From: Malacoraja senta
Lineage: Eukaryota
Length of the DNA: 64,000 nucleotides
Assembly: GCA_038087875.1 (NCBI GenBank)
Contig: CM075997.1
Span: 7,256,001 to 7,320,000 of the forward strand
Direction: 5' to 3'
The notes beneath the pieces were generated by a model that was not told where the DNA came from, did not search any database, and saw only the letters and a program-made list of their open reading frames with translations. Of the stretch, positions 12,660 through 25,416 are shown one piece after another (position 1 is the stretch's first letter; each line of letters opens with the position of its first letter). The position numbers and the translations under genes were made by a program.

Positions 12660-12931
12660 AATATGAGGTGATGTCAGGGGAGTGGGTGGCACAGAGATAA
12701 AATGTAGTTGGAGACAGTAAGGCTGGCGGGAAAACTGGGAAGGGATGGAGAGAGAGGGAAAGCAAGGGCCACTTGAAGTCAATGTTCATACCGCTGGGGT
12801 GTAAGCTGCCCAAGTGAAATATGAGGTGCTGTTCCTCCAATTTGCGCTGGGCCTCACTCTGACAGTGGAGGAGGCCCAGGACAGAAAGGCAGTGTGGGAA
12901 TGGGAGGGGGAGTTGAAGTATTGAGCAACCG
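12660..12931 (-). mobile_element. Penelope-like element fragment (GIY-YIG C-terminus and 3' region)
   Basis: LSVLGLLHCQSEAQRKLEEQHLIFHLGSLHPSGMNIDF. Confidence 0.75.
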
Positions 12932-13336
12932 GTTTTATGTTTGATTTTATGTTTGTCTCTGGGACTATGTTTAACTCTATGGCACCAGGACTCCATGACA
13001 GTGTTCTGTTAGCTTCAGAATCAGTTTCCCCCTAATTACAGTTAATCAGCATTCGTTAGAGCATGAGCTTATTAAAAACAAAGTCTTTGGCTAATTGTAC
13101 CTTGTCCAAGTGGCCTGAGCACATTGATGAAATGTTGAATGGATGAATAGGTTGATTGGCCAAGTATGTACACATACAAGGAATTTGCCCTGGTGCTCCA
13201 CCCGCAAGTAACAACACGACATACAGTAAATAATTAAGAGTAAAACATAAAACATTAAAATATTAAGAATAAAACATTTTAGTTTAAACATGTGAAATAA
13301 ATAAAATACCAGAGCAAACGGAGACGACAGACTTTT

Positions 13337-13547
13337 GTTTAAGAAGGAACTGCAGATGCTGTAAAATCGAAGGTAGACAAAAATGCTGGAGAAACTCAGC
13401 GGGTGCGGCAGCATCTATGGAGCGAAGGAAATAGGCAACGTTTTGGTCCGAAACCCTTCTTCAGATTCGGCCCGAAACGTTGCCTATTTCCTTCGCTCCA
13501 TAGATGCTGCCTCACCCGCTGAGTTTCTCCAGCATTTTTGTCTACCC
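13337..13547. mobile_element. Inverted pair of Penelope 3'/pseudo-LTR stubs inserted in a Rex1/Babar 3' UTR fragment
   Basis: 13371-13455 is the reverse complement of about 13467-13547; the host sequence resumes after it. Confidence 0.7.
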
Positions 13548-13986
13548 ACATACTTTTGGTTATTGAGTAGAGCTACTGCTCGTGGGGGAAAAAAAGTTGT
13601 TTTTTTATGTCTGGCTTTGGAAGAGGGCTTGTTCCAAGAGAGCAGAGGGATTGTTACTGCCACATGGACTTTGCAAAAAAACATTCACAAAATACCACAC
13701 AATAAATCTCGGAGGAAAACTTGCTACTAAAGAGTAGCCCGGATATAAAACTGATGAAAAACTGAGAGTGTTGGCAAGCAGTTATTTTTTACAATGAGCG
13801 GAAGTCAGATGTAGTCTCTCCCATTCTGGTATGATGCCTACCAATCATCCCCATCAATATTAATAATCTTGATTTGCGCATATATATTTTGCAAAGGATA
13901 TGAAACTTGCAAATGTAAAAGAGCGAGGTGACTGGTTGGTGAAACAGGCTCGACAACATTTAGTACAGGGAATCGAATGGCATTTC

Positions 13987-14590
13987 TTTAGTTTGGAGAT
14001 ACGGCGTAGAAACAGGCCCTTTTGCCCACTGAGTCTGCACCGACCTACGATCCCCGCACACTAACACTATCCTACACACACTAGGGACAGTTTACATTTA
14101 TACCAAGCCAATTAACCTACAAACCTGTACGTCTTTGGGGTGCGGGAGGAAACTGAAGATCTTGGAGAACACCCACGCAGATCACGGGGAGAACGTACAA
14201 ACTCAGTACAGACAGCACCCGTAGTCGGGATTGAACCTGGGTCTCTGGCGCTGTGAGGCAGTAACTCTACCGCTACACCACCATGCCACCCTTTGGTTTA
14301 AAGATGCAGCATGGAAACAGGCCCTTCGGCCCACCGAGTCCACGCTGACCGTCGATCACCAGTTCTATGTTATCCCACTTTCTCATCCACTCCCTACACA
14401 CTAGGGACAATTTAATGAGGGCCGATTAACCTACAAACCCGCACGTCTTTGGGATGTGGGAGGAAACCGGAGCACCCGGAGGAAACCCGCACGGTCACAG
14501 GTTGAGCGTGTAAACTCCACACAGGCAGCACCCGAGGTCAGGATCGAACTGGGATCTCTGGCGCGGTGAGGCAGCGGCTCTACCAACTTC
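13987..14590 (-). mobile_element. Two adjacent V-SINE copies
   Basis: Reverse-complement SINE sequence twice (about 13987-14290 and 14300-14590). Confidence 0.8.
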
Positions 14591-14764
14591 GAGTGAGTGG
14601 ATACCCGATGGTTAGCATGGCTTCGCTGGGCTGAAGGGCCTGTTTCCATGCTGTGTTGCTCCGAGACGCCGTGGTTTCATGAAAAGTTTTGAGTTGAGAA
14701 AAATGAGAAGAGAAATAAAATAATGCAATTTTAAACTAGCAACGGTGCTTGTTTGTAATTGGAA

Positions 14765-17254
14765 GATCATTGTCTAGTTCACCTTATTCCGACCTACAGG
14801 CAGAAACTAAAAGCTGCTAAACCTGTGGTCAGAACAATGAAAAGGTGGACAAGCGAGGGCATTGAAAACCTACAGTCCTGCTTTGACTGCACGGATTGGA
14901 ATGTGTTCAGGGAAGCAACCACAAGCCTCGATGAGTATACGGACACTGTATCATCATATGTCAGTTACTGTGAGGACAGTTGCATTCCAACTAGGACCCG
15001 GACCTGGTTCAACAACAACAAGCCCTGGTTCACTGCAGAACTCAGACAGCTCCGCCAGTCTAAAGAGGAGGCCTACAGGAGCGGGGATGCAGACCTCTAC
15101 AGGCAGGCCAAGTACAAGCTGAGAAGAGGAATCAGAGCTGCCAAGGAAAGGCACTCTGAGAAGTTGAGGAGCAAGTTCTCAGCTAGTGACTCTTCTTCAG
15201 TGTGGAAGGGCTTGCAAGAAATTACCAGCTACAAGAGGAAAGCCCCCCCCCCCCCCCAGCTCCTTGGACAATCGTCAGCTGACCAATGACCTGAATGAGT
15301 TTTACTGCAGGTTTGGCAAGCAGAAGCGTAACCCTGGTACCCCCTCCCCAACAAACACAGCCAGACACCAGTCTGCAAAGAATGGACCCTTCTGCACCCA
15401 CTCCTCCCTATTCACCACTTCACACATACTTAAAGCAAGACTCCAGTCTGAAAAGACTGGACCCTTTCCCACCCCAACCAACACTACACACCCCCTCACA
15501 GCCTGACCTCAGTCTGCAAAGACTGGGCCCTTCTGCACCCACTCCTCCCTATTCACCACTTCACACATACTTAAAGCAAGACTCCAGTCTGAAAAGACTG
15601 GACCCTTTTCCACCCACCCCTCTCCAATCACCACTTTACACCCAATTACCCACACCCTCCGTGCTGGACAACATCACTTCTCCATCATCAACAATAAAGA
15701 TAGAGGAGGTGGAGAGGCTGTTCAGAAGACAGAAAAGCCGGAAATCTCCAGGACCGGCAATGTTTCCTCCTCTACTCTCAAGCTCTGTGCCGAACAACTA
15801 CACAGACATTTTCAACCAGTCCCTGCAAACCTGTACTGTCCCTGCCAGCTTCAAATTCTCCACTATTGTCCCTGTACCCAAAAAGCCAACTGGTCTTAAT
15901 GACTACAGGCCTGTCGCACTGACCTCTGTAATCATGAACAGCCTTGAAAGGCTTGTGCTGGCCAAGCTGAAAATTATCACAAACCCCCTGCTGGACCCTC
16001 TGCAGTTTGCATACCGGGCCAATAGATCTGTGGATGATGCAGTCAACCTGGGCCTGCACTTCATCCTACAGCACCTAGACTGCCAGGGGTCCTATGCAAG
16101 GATCCTGTTTGTGGATTTTAGCTCTGCATTCAACACCATTGTGCCAGAGCTACTACACTCCAATCTTTCCGAGTTGACTGTGCCTGAACCCCTCTGTCGG
16201 TGGATCACCAACTTCCTGACAGACAGGAAGCAGCATGTGAGGCTGGGAAAGCACATCTCAGACCCGCAAACACTCAGCATAGGAGCACCGCAAGGCTGCG
16301 TACTCTCCCCTCTCCTCTACTCTCTCTACACCAACGACTGCACCTCCACTGACTCCTCTGTCAAGCTTCTCAAGTTTGCGGAAGACACAACCCTGATTGG
16401 ACTGATCCAGGATGGGGAGGAATCTGCCTACAGACAGGAAGTGACACAGCTGGCGTACTGGTGCCGTAGCAACAACCTAGAGCTCAATGCTCTTAAGAGA
16501 GTGGAATTGATTGTAGACTTTAGGAGAGCTCCCCCTCCTCTCACCCCACTCACCATCAACAACACTACAGTCATATCTGTGGAGTCTTTTAAGTTCCTTG
16601 GAACCATCATCTCCAAGGACCTTAAGTGGGGGGGGCTATCATCGACTCCACAGTCAAAAAGGCACAACAGAGGATGTACTTCCTGCGGCAGCTGAGGAAG
16701 CACAATCTGCCACAGGCAATGATGGTCCAATTCTACACGGCCATCGTAGAGTCTGTTCTCACCTTCTCCATCATGGTCTGGTTTGGCTCAGCCACCAAGC
16801 ACGACACCTGGAGGCTGCAGCGAATCGTCCGATCAGCAGAGAAGGTTGTTGGCTGCGACCTTCCCTCCATTGACGAACTGTACACTGCAAGGGCCAGGAA
16901 GCGAGCGGGCAAGATCATCTCTGACCCCTCTCACCCTGGCCACAAACTCTTTGAATCACTTCCCTCTGGAAGGCGACTCCGGACTGTCAAAGCTGCCACA
17001 GCCAGACATAAAAACTGCTTTTTTCCCCACAAGTAGTAGCTGCACTCAATAACCAAAATTCTGTAGCCTCCTTTTGCACTGGTATTTTGATTGGTTCACA
17101 TGTTTAATCAATGGTGTTTTATTATTATTAATGTTTAGTGTTTTATGCGTCATTGGTAATTGTCCCTGTATGTCATGTTGTCACTTGCGGGCGGAGCACC
17201 AAGGCAAATTCCTTGTATGTGAATACTTGGCCAATAAACCTATTCACTCATTCA
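14765..17254 (+). mobile_element. Rex1/Babar-type LINE, 5'-truncated, frameshifted RT pseudogene
   Basis: NNKPWFT, LNDYRPVALTS, DPLQFAYR, FVDFSSAFNTI, GAPQGCVLSP, KFAEDT (FADD mutated); 3' end AATAAA then (ATTC)n. Confidence 0.85.
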
Positions 17255-17296
17255 AGATGACAAACCAGTTTGAGATGACTATTCATATAGAATTGG

Positions 17297-17831
17297 ATAG
17301 ACAATAGACAATAGACAAAAGGTGCAGGAGTAGGCCATTTGGCCCTTCGAGCCAGCACCGCCATTCAATGTGATCATGGCTGATCATCCCCAATCAGTAC
17401 CCCGTTCCTGCCTTCTCCCCATATCCCCTGACTCCACTATTTCTAAGAGCCCTATCTAGCTCTCTCTTGAAAGCATCCAGAGAACCTGCCTCCACCGCCC
17501 TCTGAGGCAGAGAATTCCACAGACTCACCACTCTCTGTGAGAAAAAGTGTTTCCTTGTCTCCGTTCTAAATGGCTTACCCCTTATTCTTAAACTGTGGCC
17601 CCTGGTTCTGGACTCCCCCAATATCGGGAACATGTTTCCTGCCTCTAGCGTGTCCAAACCCTTAACAATCTTATATGTTTCAATGAGATACCCTCTCATC
17701 CTTCTAAACTCCAGAGTGTACAAGCCCAGCTGCTCCATTCTCTCAGCATATGACAGTCCCGCCATCCCGGGAATTAACCTTGTAAACCTACGCTGCACTC
17801 CCTCAATAGCAAGAATGTCCTTCCTCAAATT
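17297..17831 (-). mobile_element. CR1/HER1-like LINE 3' fragment
   Basis: Open ORF2 C-terminus 17394-17828 and 8-bp repeat tail; an inverted sister copy lies at 17974-18172. Confidence 0.88.
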
Positions 17832-18527
17832 CAGTTAAAAAAAATGTTACTACATTACTAAGGACAGCAAGTTATACTGGGGTGGTGCAGCGTGAATTAA
17901 TGTCTATTATGTCTATGTGTGTGTGTGTGTGTATATGTCCGTCCGTGTGTGTGCGTGTATATGTCTGTGTGTGGGGGAGTCCAGAACCAGGGGCCACAGT
18001 TTAAGAATAAGGGGTAAGATACGAGGAAACACTTTTTCTCACAGAGAGTTGTGAGTCTGTGGAATTCTCTGCCTCAGAGGGCGGTGGAGGCCGGTTCTCT
18101 GGATACTTTCAAGAGAGAGCTAGATAGGGCTCTTGAAGATAGCGGAGTCAGGGGATATGGGGAGAAAGCAGGATCTATTGTATCTATTGACATTTTCCTT
18201 GATCTCATCTCTTTTGATATCTCGTTTTCACTCCTTACACTTCATTATCTCTGTGGCTCCCTGTCCTCTGACTCTCAGTCTGAAGAAGGGTCTCGACCCG
18301 AAACATTACCCATTCCTTCTATCCAGAGATGCTGCCTGTCCCGCTGAGTTACTCCAGCATTTTGTGTCTATCTTCGGTGTAAACCAGCATCTGCAGTTCC
18401 TTCCTGCACACAAGGTCAGGGAATGGGAAGGGGAGTTAGTGTTTAACAGAGATACCCACACAAATAATTGTTGGGGGCAGTTGGGTTATGTATAAACCTC
18501 TGCCCATCAATAGATGTAGTTATTCCC

Positions 18528-18743
18528 ATATACACAAAAACACACACACATACACACACACACAGACACATATACACACACACACATAAACACACACACA
18601 CACAAACTCACACACACACATAAACGCACACACGTAAACACACACACGTAAACACACACAAACAAATTCACACACACACATACACTCACACACATTAACA
18701 CACACATACATAAACACACAAGCACACACATACACACACACAT

Positions 18744-18810
<67 letters not shown>

Positions 18811-19013
18811 TACACACACACACTCACACAAATACACACACACACACATCAACACACACATCAACACACACACACACACACACATAAACACATATACAAC
18901 ATAAACACACACACACACACATGCACGCACACACACAAACGCACACACATAAACACACACACATACACACACACACACACATACACACACACACACCCAC
19001 ACACACACCCACA

Positions 19014-19104
<91 letters not shown>
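18528..19104. repeat. Compound imperfect (CA)n microsatellite
   Basis: Directly visible. Confidence 0.97.
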
Positions 19105-19108
<4 letters not shown>

Positions 19109-19708
19109 ATCTGCAGACTTTGATGTACAGTAGTGCTGGGCTCAGTTTGTTTGCAGGCTTTCCTCTGTTGCTTGGTAATTAAGTGCTACTTGGTCTGCAG
19201 GTAATTGATTTTCTTTTCAGCATCATCCGTAGTGAAGAACTGATAACTCTCTTGCTACGGCAACCCTATTCACAAAGATCTTGCAGCTTTATCTGTTTGA
19301 GGCCCTGGACCCACCATCAGGCCTCTGAGAGCGACAATCTACAGAGATGTTTCAAGGAGTGAGGAAGGGGATTTCAGAAGCCCAATCCCCAGAATTGTCC
19401 TTCCGACGACTTAGTTTAGTTCATTTCAGTTTATTGTCACGTGTACCGAGATACAGTGAAAAGCTTTTATTGCGTGCTAACCAGTCAGCAGAAAGACAAT
19501 ACATGATTACAATCGAGCCGTCCACAGTGTACAGATACATGATAAGAAAATAACGTTTAGTGCAAGATAAAGCCAGTAAAGTCCGATCAAGGATAGTCTG
19601 AGGGTCACCAATGAGGTAGATAGTAGTTCAGGATCGCTCTCTGGTTGTGGTAGGATGGTTCAGTTGCCTGATAACAGCGGGGAAGAAACTGCCCCTGAAT
19701 CTGGCGGT

Positions 19709-20136
19709 TATGGCGCCACCTGGTGGCAAGCCACGGGCACAAGGAACCCTTGGCCCTGAAGGAAGGTGTCTCGGTGAGGGAGGCGCTAGTCACGGTCTTT
19801 TTACCTGAGTGGCTATTTAAGGCCGGGCAACGCCCGTGGCCAGTGAGGAGTAAAGAGCTGTAAGGGCCTGTCCCACTTGGGCGTCATTTGCGCGTCACGC
19901 AGGTGGCGGGCACGGATTTTGTGAAGCCCAGATTTTTGCGCGCGACTGCCTACGTCACCACGTACCAGGCGCGCGTAATGCTCGCCATGCACGCATCACG
20001 TAAATGATGTCGCGTAAATGACTCGCAAATGACGCCCAAGTGGGACAGGCCCTGTACTGTACAGAATAATATATCTGGTGCACACAACCTCTATTCCGCT
20101 TGGATTTTGGCTGGACTCCTGTGAGTCTCCGCTACA
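19709..20136 (+). mobile_element. Probable LTR remnant containing a nested MITE
   Basis: Starts TATGGCGCCACCTGGTGG, like one end of the LTR at 32076-33525; ends CCGCTACA; TATA-like TATTTAA; no matching TSD. Confidence 0.45.
19863..20053. mobile_element. PIF/Harbinger-type MITE, family C
   Basis: TIRs, TSD GTA/GTA. Confidence 0.85.
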
Positions 20137-20492
20137 TTGGATCACGTCGAGGTCAGTTTAACTTGGCATCAGACATAGCGGGCTGAAGGGCCTGTTTCTG
20201 TGCTGTACTATTGGATGCTCATCCTTCTTATTGACTTCAGCAGTACTGATCACAATCGCCTCCCATGTTAATAACACCTACCTTGGCTTGGACTAGATCA
20301 TTCTTTTTTAATTGTCGCTAAATTAAAATCCAGGAACACCTTCCCACACCATTGCAGATGCATATTTACCACGTTAAACATTAAATGCCTCCATTGTGAG
20401 TGAGACTCACATCCTTTTGGTGAAATAACAAAGCCGACTCGAAGAAGGACACAAAAAGCTGGAGTCACTCAGGGAATCATGCAGCATCTCTG

Positions 20493-21115
20493 GGCGGCTC
20501 GGTGGCACAGCGGTAGAGTTGCTGCTTTACAGCGCCAGAGAGCCGGGTTCGATCCCGTCCACGGGTGCTGTCTGTACGGAGTTTGTACGTTCTCCCCGTG
20601 ACCTGCGTAGGCGTTCTCCGAGATCTTCAGCTTCCTCCCACACTCCAAAGACGTACAGGTTTGTAGGTTATAAATTTGCTTGGTATAAATGTAAAATTGT
20701 CCCTAAAGGGCCTGTCCCACTTGGGCGTCATTTGCGCGTCACGCAGGTCACGCGCGAAGATTTTGTGAATCCCAAAATCCCGGGGTGCCGCGCGCGACTG
20801 CGCATCACTGCCTACGTCACCACGTACCAGGCGCGTGTAATGCACGGCATGCGCGTGTCATGTGCGTGTCACGACGTGCGCATCGTGACGCTTAAATTAT
20901 GTCGCATAAATGACGCGCAAATGAGGCCCAAGTGGGACAGGCCCTTTAGTGTGTGTAGAATCGTGTTGAATGTGTGGGGATCGCTGTGCGGACTCGGTGG
21001 GCCAAAGGGCTAGTAACGTGACTATAGTGTTAGTGTGGGGGGGGGGCATCGCTGGTCGGTCGATGGGCTGAAGGGTCTGTTTCCGCACTGTATCTCGAAA
21101 CTAAGCGAAACTAAA
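20493..21115 (+). mobile_element. V-SINE with nested MITE and duplicated 3' part
   Basis: SINE halves are collinear around 20707-20945. Confidence 0.8.
20707..20945. mobile_element. PIF/Harbinger-type MITE, family C
   Basis: TIRs; flanks TAA and TTA. Confidence 0.85.
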
Positions 21116-21207
21116 CATAAATGCAACTGTTTCTTCTTGGAAGGCATCTTTGACACATTGTATTGTCCATGCTAGAAATATTACTTTGATATTATGCTTG
21201 GTAGTAA

Positions 21208-21356
21208 AGGACCTGTCCCACTTGCCTAGTTTTTCGGCAACTGCCGGCATCATTGACTGACGTATCAGGTCACCGAAAAATACGCGGTGTGATGACGTAT
21301 GACGCGTGGTGTTTTTTGATGTGACCCTGGCAAAATCGCCAAGTGGGACAGGCCCT
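21208..21356. mobile_element. PIF/Harbinger-type MITE, family D
   Basis: TIRs, TSD TAA/TAA. Confidence 0.8.
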
Positions 21357-21436
21357 TAATATTGCCAAGTTCCATTGCCAGGGACACTGGTGTGGCTTTC
21401 CACGTTAGAAATAAGATCGTCAACTTCAGGGAGAAA

Positions 21437-21755
21437 TAGCCCTGTCCCTCGGTGCGAGTTCATTCCAAGCGCTCTCCCGAGTTTAAAAAAATCAAACTCG
21501 TGGTAAGCACGGAGAATGAACGTAGCGGGTACGTCGGAGCTTGGGGACGTCTCGTAACGCTAACGGCAGGTACTCGGGAAGACTCGCTAACGGCAGGTAA
21601 GCACGGGAAGACTCGTGAAGATTTTTCAACATGATGAAAAATGTCCACGAGAGCCCCGAGTACCGACGAGCGGCCATTACCGTAAATCTCCGAGTTCGAA
21701 TCAGGGGAAACTCGGGAGAGCTCTTGGAATGAACTCGTACCGTGGGACAGGGGTT
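21437..21755. mobile_element. PIF/Harbinger-type MITE, family B variant
   Basis: TIR variant (A)AGCCCTGTCCC; interior matches 37217-37545 and 54218-54547 in the opposite orientation. Confidence 0.8.
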
Positions 21756-22321
21756 TAAAAAATAGAAAGATAAGGTTAAAATTGGCAGGGCAAACACAAA
21801 AATATCTTGAGCAAAACACACAAAGTGTGCCGGAGGAACTCAACGGGTCAGGCAGCATCTGTGGAGGGATTGGACAGGCAACATTTCGGGTCAGGACCCT
21901 TCATTTCTTCCCCTGCTACAATCAGTCTGAGGAAGAATCCCAACCTGAAACATCGCCTGTCCATTTCCTCCACAGATGCTGCCTGGCCCGTTGAGTTCCT
22001 CCAGCACTTTGTGTTTTAGAGATGAGAGATGCAGTGTGGAAATAGGCCCTTCATCTCACTGAGTCCACGCCAACCATCGATGACCCATACACTAGTTCCA
22101 TGCTCGGTCACTTTCGCATCCTACCCACTAGGGGGCAACTTACAGAAGCTGATTAACCTACAAACCTGCACGTGGGAGGAAACCGGAGCACCCGGAGAAA
22201 ACCCACGGGGTTATAGGGAGAACGTGGAAACTCCGTACAGACAGCATCCGTAGACAGGATTGAACCCGGGTCTATGGCGCTGTGAGACTGCAGCTGCGCC
22301 ACCGGGCCGCCCCACCTGTTA

Positions 22322-22819
22322 CATAGAAACATAGAAAATAGGTGCAGGAGGAGGCTATTCGGCCCTTCAAGCCAGCACCGCCATTCATTGTGATCATGGC
22401 TGATCATCCCCAATCAATAACCCGTGCCTGCCTTCTCCCCATATCCCTTAACTCCACTAACCCCTAGAGCTCTATCTAACTCTCTCTTAAATCCATCCAG
22501 TGATTTGGCCTCCACTGCCCTCTGTGGCAGGGAATTCCACAAATTCACAACTCTCTGGGTGAAAACGTTTTTTCTCACGTCAGTCTTAAATGGCCTCCCC
22601 TTTATTCTAAGACTGTTGCCCCTGGTTCTGGACTCGCCCAACATTGGGTTCATTTTTCCTGCATCTAGCTTGTCCAGTCCTTTTATAATTTTATATGTTT
22701 CTATAAGATCCCTCCTCATCCTTCTAAACTCCAGTGAATACAAGCCTAGTCTTTTCAATCTGTCCTCATATGACAGTCCCGCCATCCCAGGGATCAATCT
22801 CGTGAACCTACGCTGCACT
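22322..22819 (-). mobile_element. CR1/HER1-like LINE 3' fragment
   Basis: Open ORF2 C-terminus 22414-22818 and (CATAGAAA)n tail. Confidence 0.88.
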
Positions 22820-24161
22820 GCACTGCATTGGTTTCAACCAATATAGAACCAGTCTGAAGAAGGGTCTCAACCCAAAAAGACACCCATTCCTTCTCTCCAG
22901 AGATGCTGCCTGTCCCGCTGAGTTACTCCAGCACTTTGTGTCTATCTTTGTGTGAATGCATCTTTGGGTTGAAATAGTTATGTAGTTTTATAAACAATTC
23001 ATTTCTGTCCAAGTGGATGGAGTCCTCCACTGGTCTATTCTGCCGCTGCTGTGCAGACACAAGTGGAGTTCTTGTTCACAGTCAGTATCATAGAAAATAG
23101 GTGCAGGAGTAGGCCATTCGGCCCTTCGAGCCAGCACCGCCATTCAATATGATCATGGCTGATCATCCAGAATCTGTACCCCATTCCTGCCTTCTCCTCA
23201 AATCCCTTGATTCCGTTAGCCCTAAGAGCTAAATCTAACTCTCTCTTGAAAACATCCAGTGAATTGGCCTCCACTGCCTTCTGTGGCAGAGAATCCCACA
23301 GATTCACAACTCTCTGGATGAAAAAGTTTTTCCTCATCTCAGTCCTAAATGGCCTCCCCCTTATTCTGGGTATCAGACCCAGATATTAGTTCCTGTGTTT
23401 GAAATAGATCTCTGGAGAGTTGAGAGCTTTAGTTTATTTTACTTCAGTTTAGTTTAGAGATAGAGCATGGAAACAAGCCCTTCGTCCCATCCAGTCCACA
23501 CTGACCAGCGATCCCTGCACACTAACACTATCCTACACTCACTAGGGATCATTTACACTTATACCAATTAACCTACAAACCTGTACGTCTTTGGAGTGCG
23601 GGAGGAAACCGAGGATCTCGGAGAAAACCTACAGGGGTCAACGTACAAACTCCGTACAGACAGCACCCGTAGGTGGGATCGAACCTGGGACTCTGGCGAT
23701 GCAAGCGCTGTAAGGCAGCAACTCTACCCAACTATCCCCGACATCGCCCATTTATTAATGTGACCTTCAAAGCGATACTGCTTCTTATGATAATTGTTTG
23801 TTCTCTTAATTCAACTATTAGCCGCGATGAAGTCACAATGTCAAATCAATCTCCGGTTTCCAATTAAAGCGACGACAGACGCGATGTAAATTAAACTCAA
23901 GCAATATTAAATTGTGATCTCTCGGATATGACCATGAAAGCTAATGATTTTGCTGCCTGCTGTCTCTGTGTGTTGGCGGGGGCTTGGATCAAAACTGAAC
24001 ACAGTTTAAAGCTGGAGAACTTTAAAGCTGGGATTAGAGGCTTCTGGTCGCCTCCATTACAAGAAGGATGTGGAGGCTTTGCAGAGAGTGCAAGGGAGGT
24101 TTACCTGGGAGGAACTACAGGTGCTGTTTGAATCGAAGACAGACACAAAACGCTGGAGTAA

Positions 24162-24310
24162 AGCCCCTGTCCCACTTTCACGATCTAATTGGCGACCTCT
24201 GCCGAGTTTGCCCTTGACTCATACTCGCAGCATGGTCGTCACGAGGTCGTAGGAGGTCTTCGTAACTCTTCCTCGTGCTCGTGAGTGGTCTCCGTGTACT
24301 CGTGCTTACT
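24162..24310. mobile_element. Truncated Harbinger-type MITE (left end only, family A)
   Basis: TAA then AGCCCCTGTCCCAC and family A interior; right TIR absent. Confidence 0.65.
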
Positions 24311-24861
24311 CGTACTCCGTCAAGCAGCATCTCTAGAGAGAAGGAACAGGTGACGTGTTGGGTTGGGACCCTTCTTCGGATTGTTGCCTGGATTAGGGGG
24401 TATTCGCTACAAGGAGCGGCTGGACAACCGACAAACAGCGGGTGAGGTAGAGGCTGCCTCACCCGCTGAGTTTCTCCAGCATTTTTATCTACCTTCGATT
24501 TTTCCAGCATCTGCAATTCCTTTTTGAACAATGTCCCAATCATTTGGTCCATATCCCTCCAAACCTGTCCTATCCATGTACCTGTCTAACTGTGTCCTAA
24601 ACGTTGGGATAGTCCCAGCCTCAACTACCTCCTCTGGCAGCTTGTGGCATACACCCACTGTGTGTATATACTCTTTCATCTTGCCCATTCTTGCTGAACG
24701 GATTTTGCAGCGTTCACCAAAATCTGGTAATTGGTCTCGAATTGGTTTGCCATAGAAACAAAATCACAGGCTTCTTAACATTTTCTTCATCTTCGTATTT
24801 GCTCCACAATCGAAATCTAATCCTGCTAAATAAATAATGCCTCCATTTCTCCCAGATCTCA

Positions 24862-24915
24862 TATCTATCTGTCTATCTGTCCATCTGTCTATCTGCCCAT
24901 CTGTCTATCTATCTA

Positions 24916-24986
<71 letters not shown>

Positions 24987-25025
24987 GTCTGTCTGTCTGT
25001 CTGTCTGTCTCTATCTATCTATCTA
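24862..25025. repeat. (TCTA/TCTG)n microsatellite
   Basis: Directly visible. Confidence 0.95.
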
Positions 25026-25157
25026 TTTATCATAATAGTTTAACCTATGTTTAAGAAGGAAATGCAGATGCTTGAAAATCGAAGGTAGACAAAAATGCTG
25101 GAGAAACTCAGCGGGTGAGGCAGCATCTATGGAGCGAAGGAAATAGGCGACGTTTCT

Positions 25158-25191
25158 GGTCTGAAGAAGGGTTTCGACCCGAAACGTTGCC
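25158..25191 (+). ncRNA. Minimal type I hammerhead ribozyme motif (Penelope-associated)
   Basis: GGT CTGAAGA A GGGT-TTCG-ACCC GAAAC GTT GCC: core boxes, stem II, palindromic ACGT, short stem I. Confidence 0.6.
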
Positions 25192-25230
25192 TATTTCCTT
25201 CGCTCCATAGATTATTGTTTTATTGTTTGT

Positions 25231-25298
25231 GGACAGACAGACAGACAGACCGACAAAGAGACAGACAGACAGAGAGACAGACAAAGAGACAGACAGAC

Positions 25299-25329
<31 letters not shown>

Positions 25330-25338
25330 GAGACAGAC

Positions 25339-25414
<76 letters not shown>
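25231..25414. repeat. (GACA)n microsatellite
   Basis: Directly visible. Confidence 0.95.

Positions 25415-25416
<2 letters not shown>

Noticed and set aside
18507..19133. CVCV and HTHT ORFs
   Set aside because: Translations of (CA)n.
19221..19330. Candidate extra NCX exon after a good acceptor (ttcttttcag)
   Set aside because: The translation shows no resemblance to NCX exon A or other cassettes.
23755..23990. Non-repetitive intronic island, a possible conserved enhancer (similar islands at 1140-1625 and 25660-26090)
   Set aside because: Conservation cannot be judged without a cross-species alignment.
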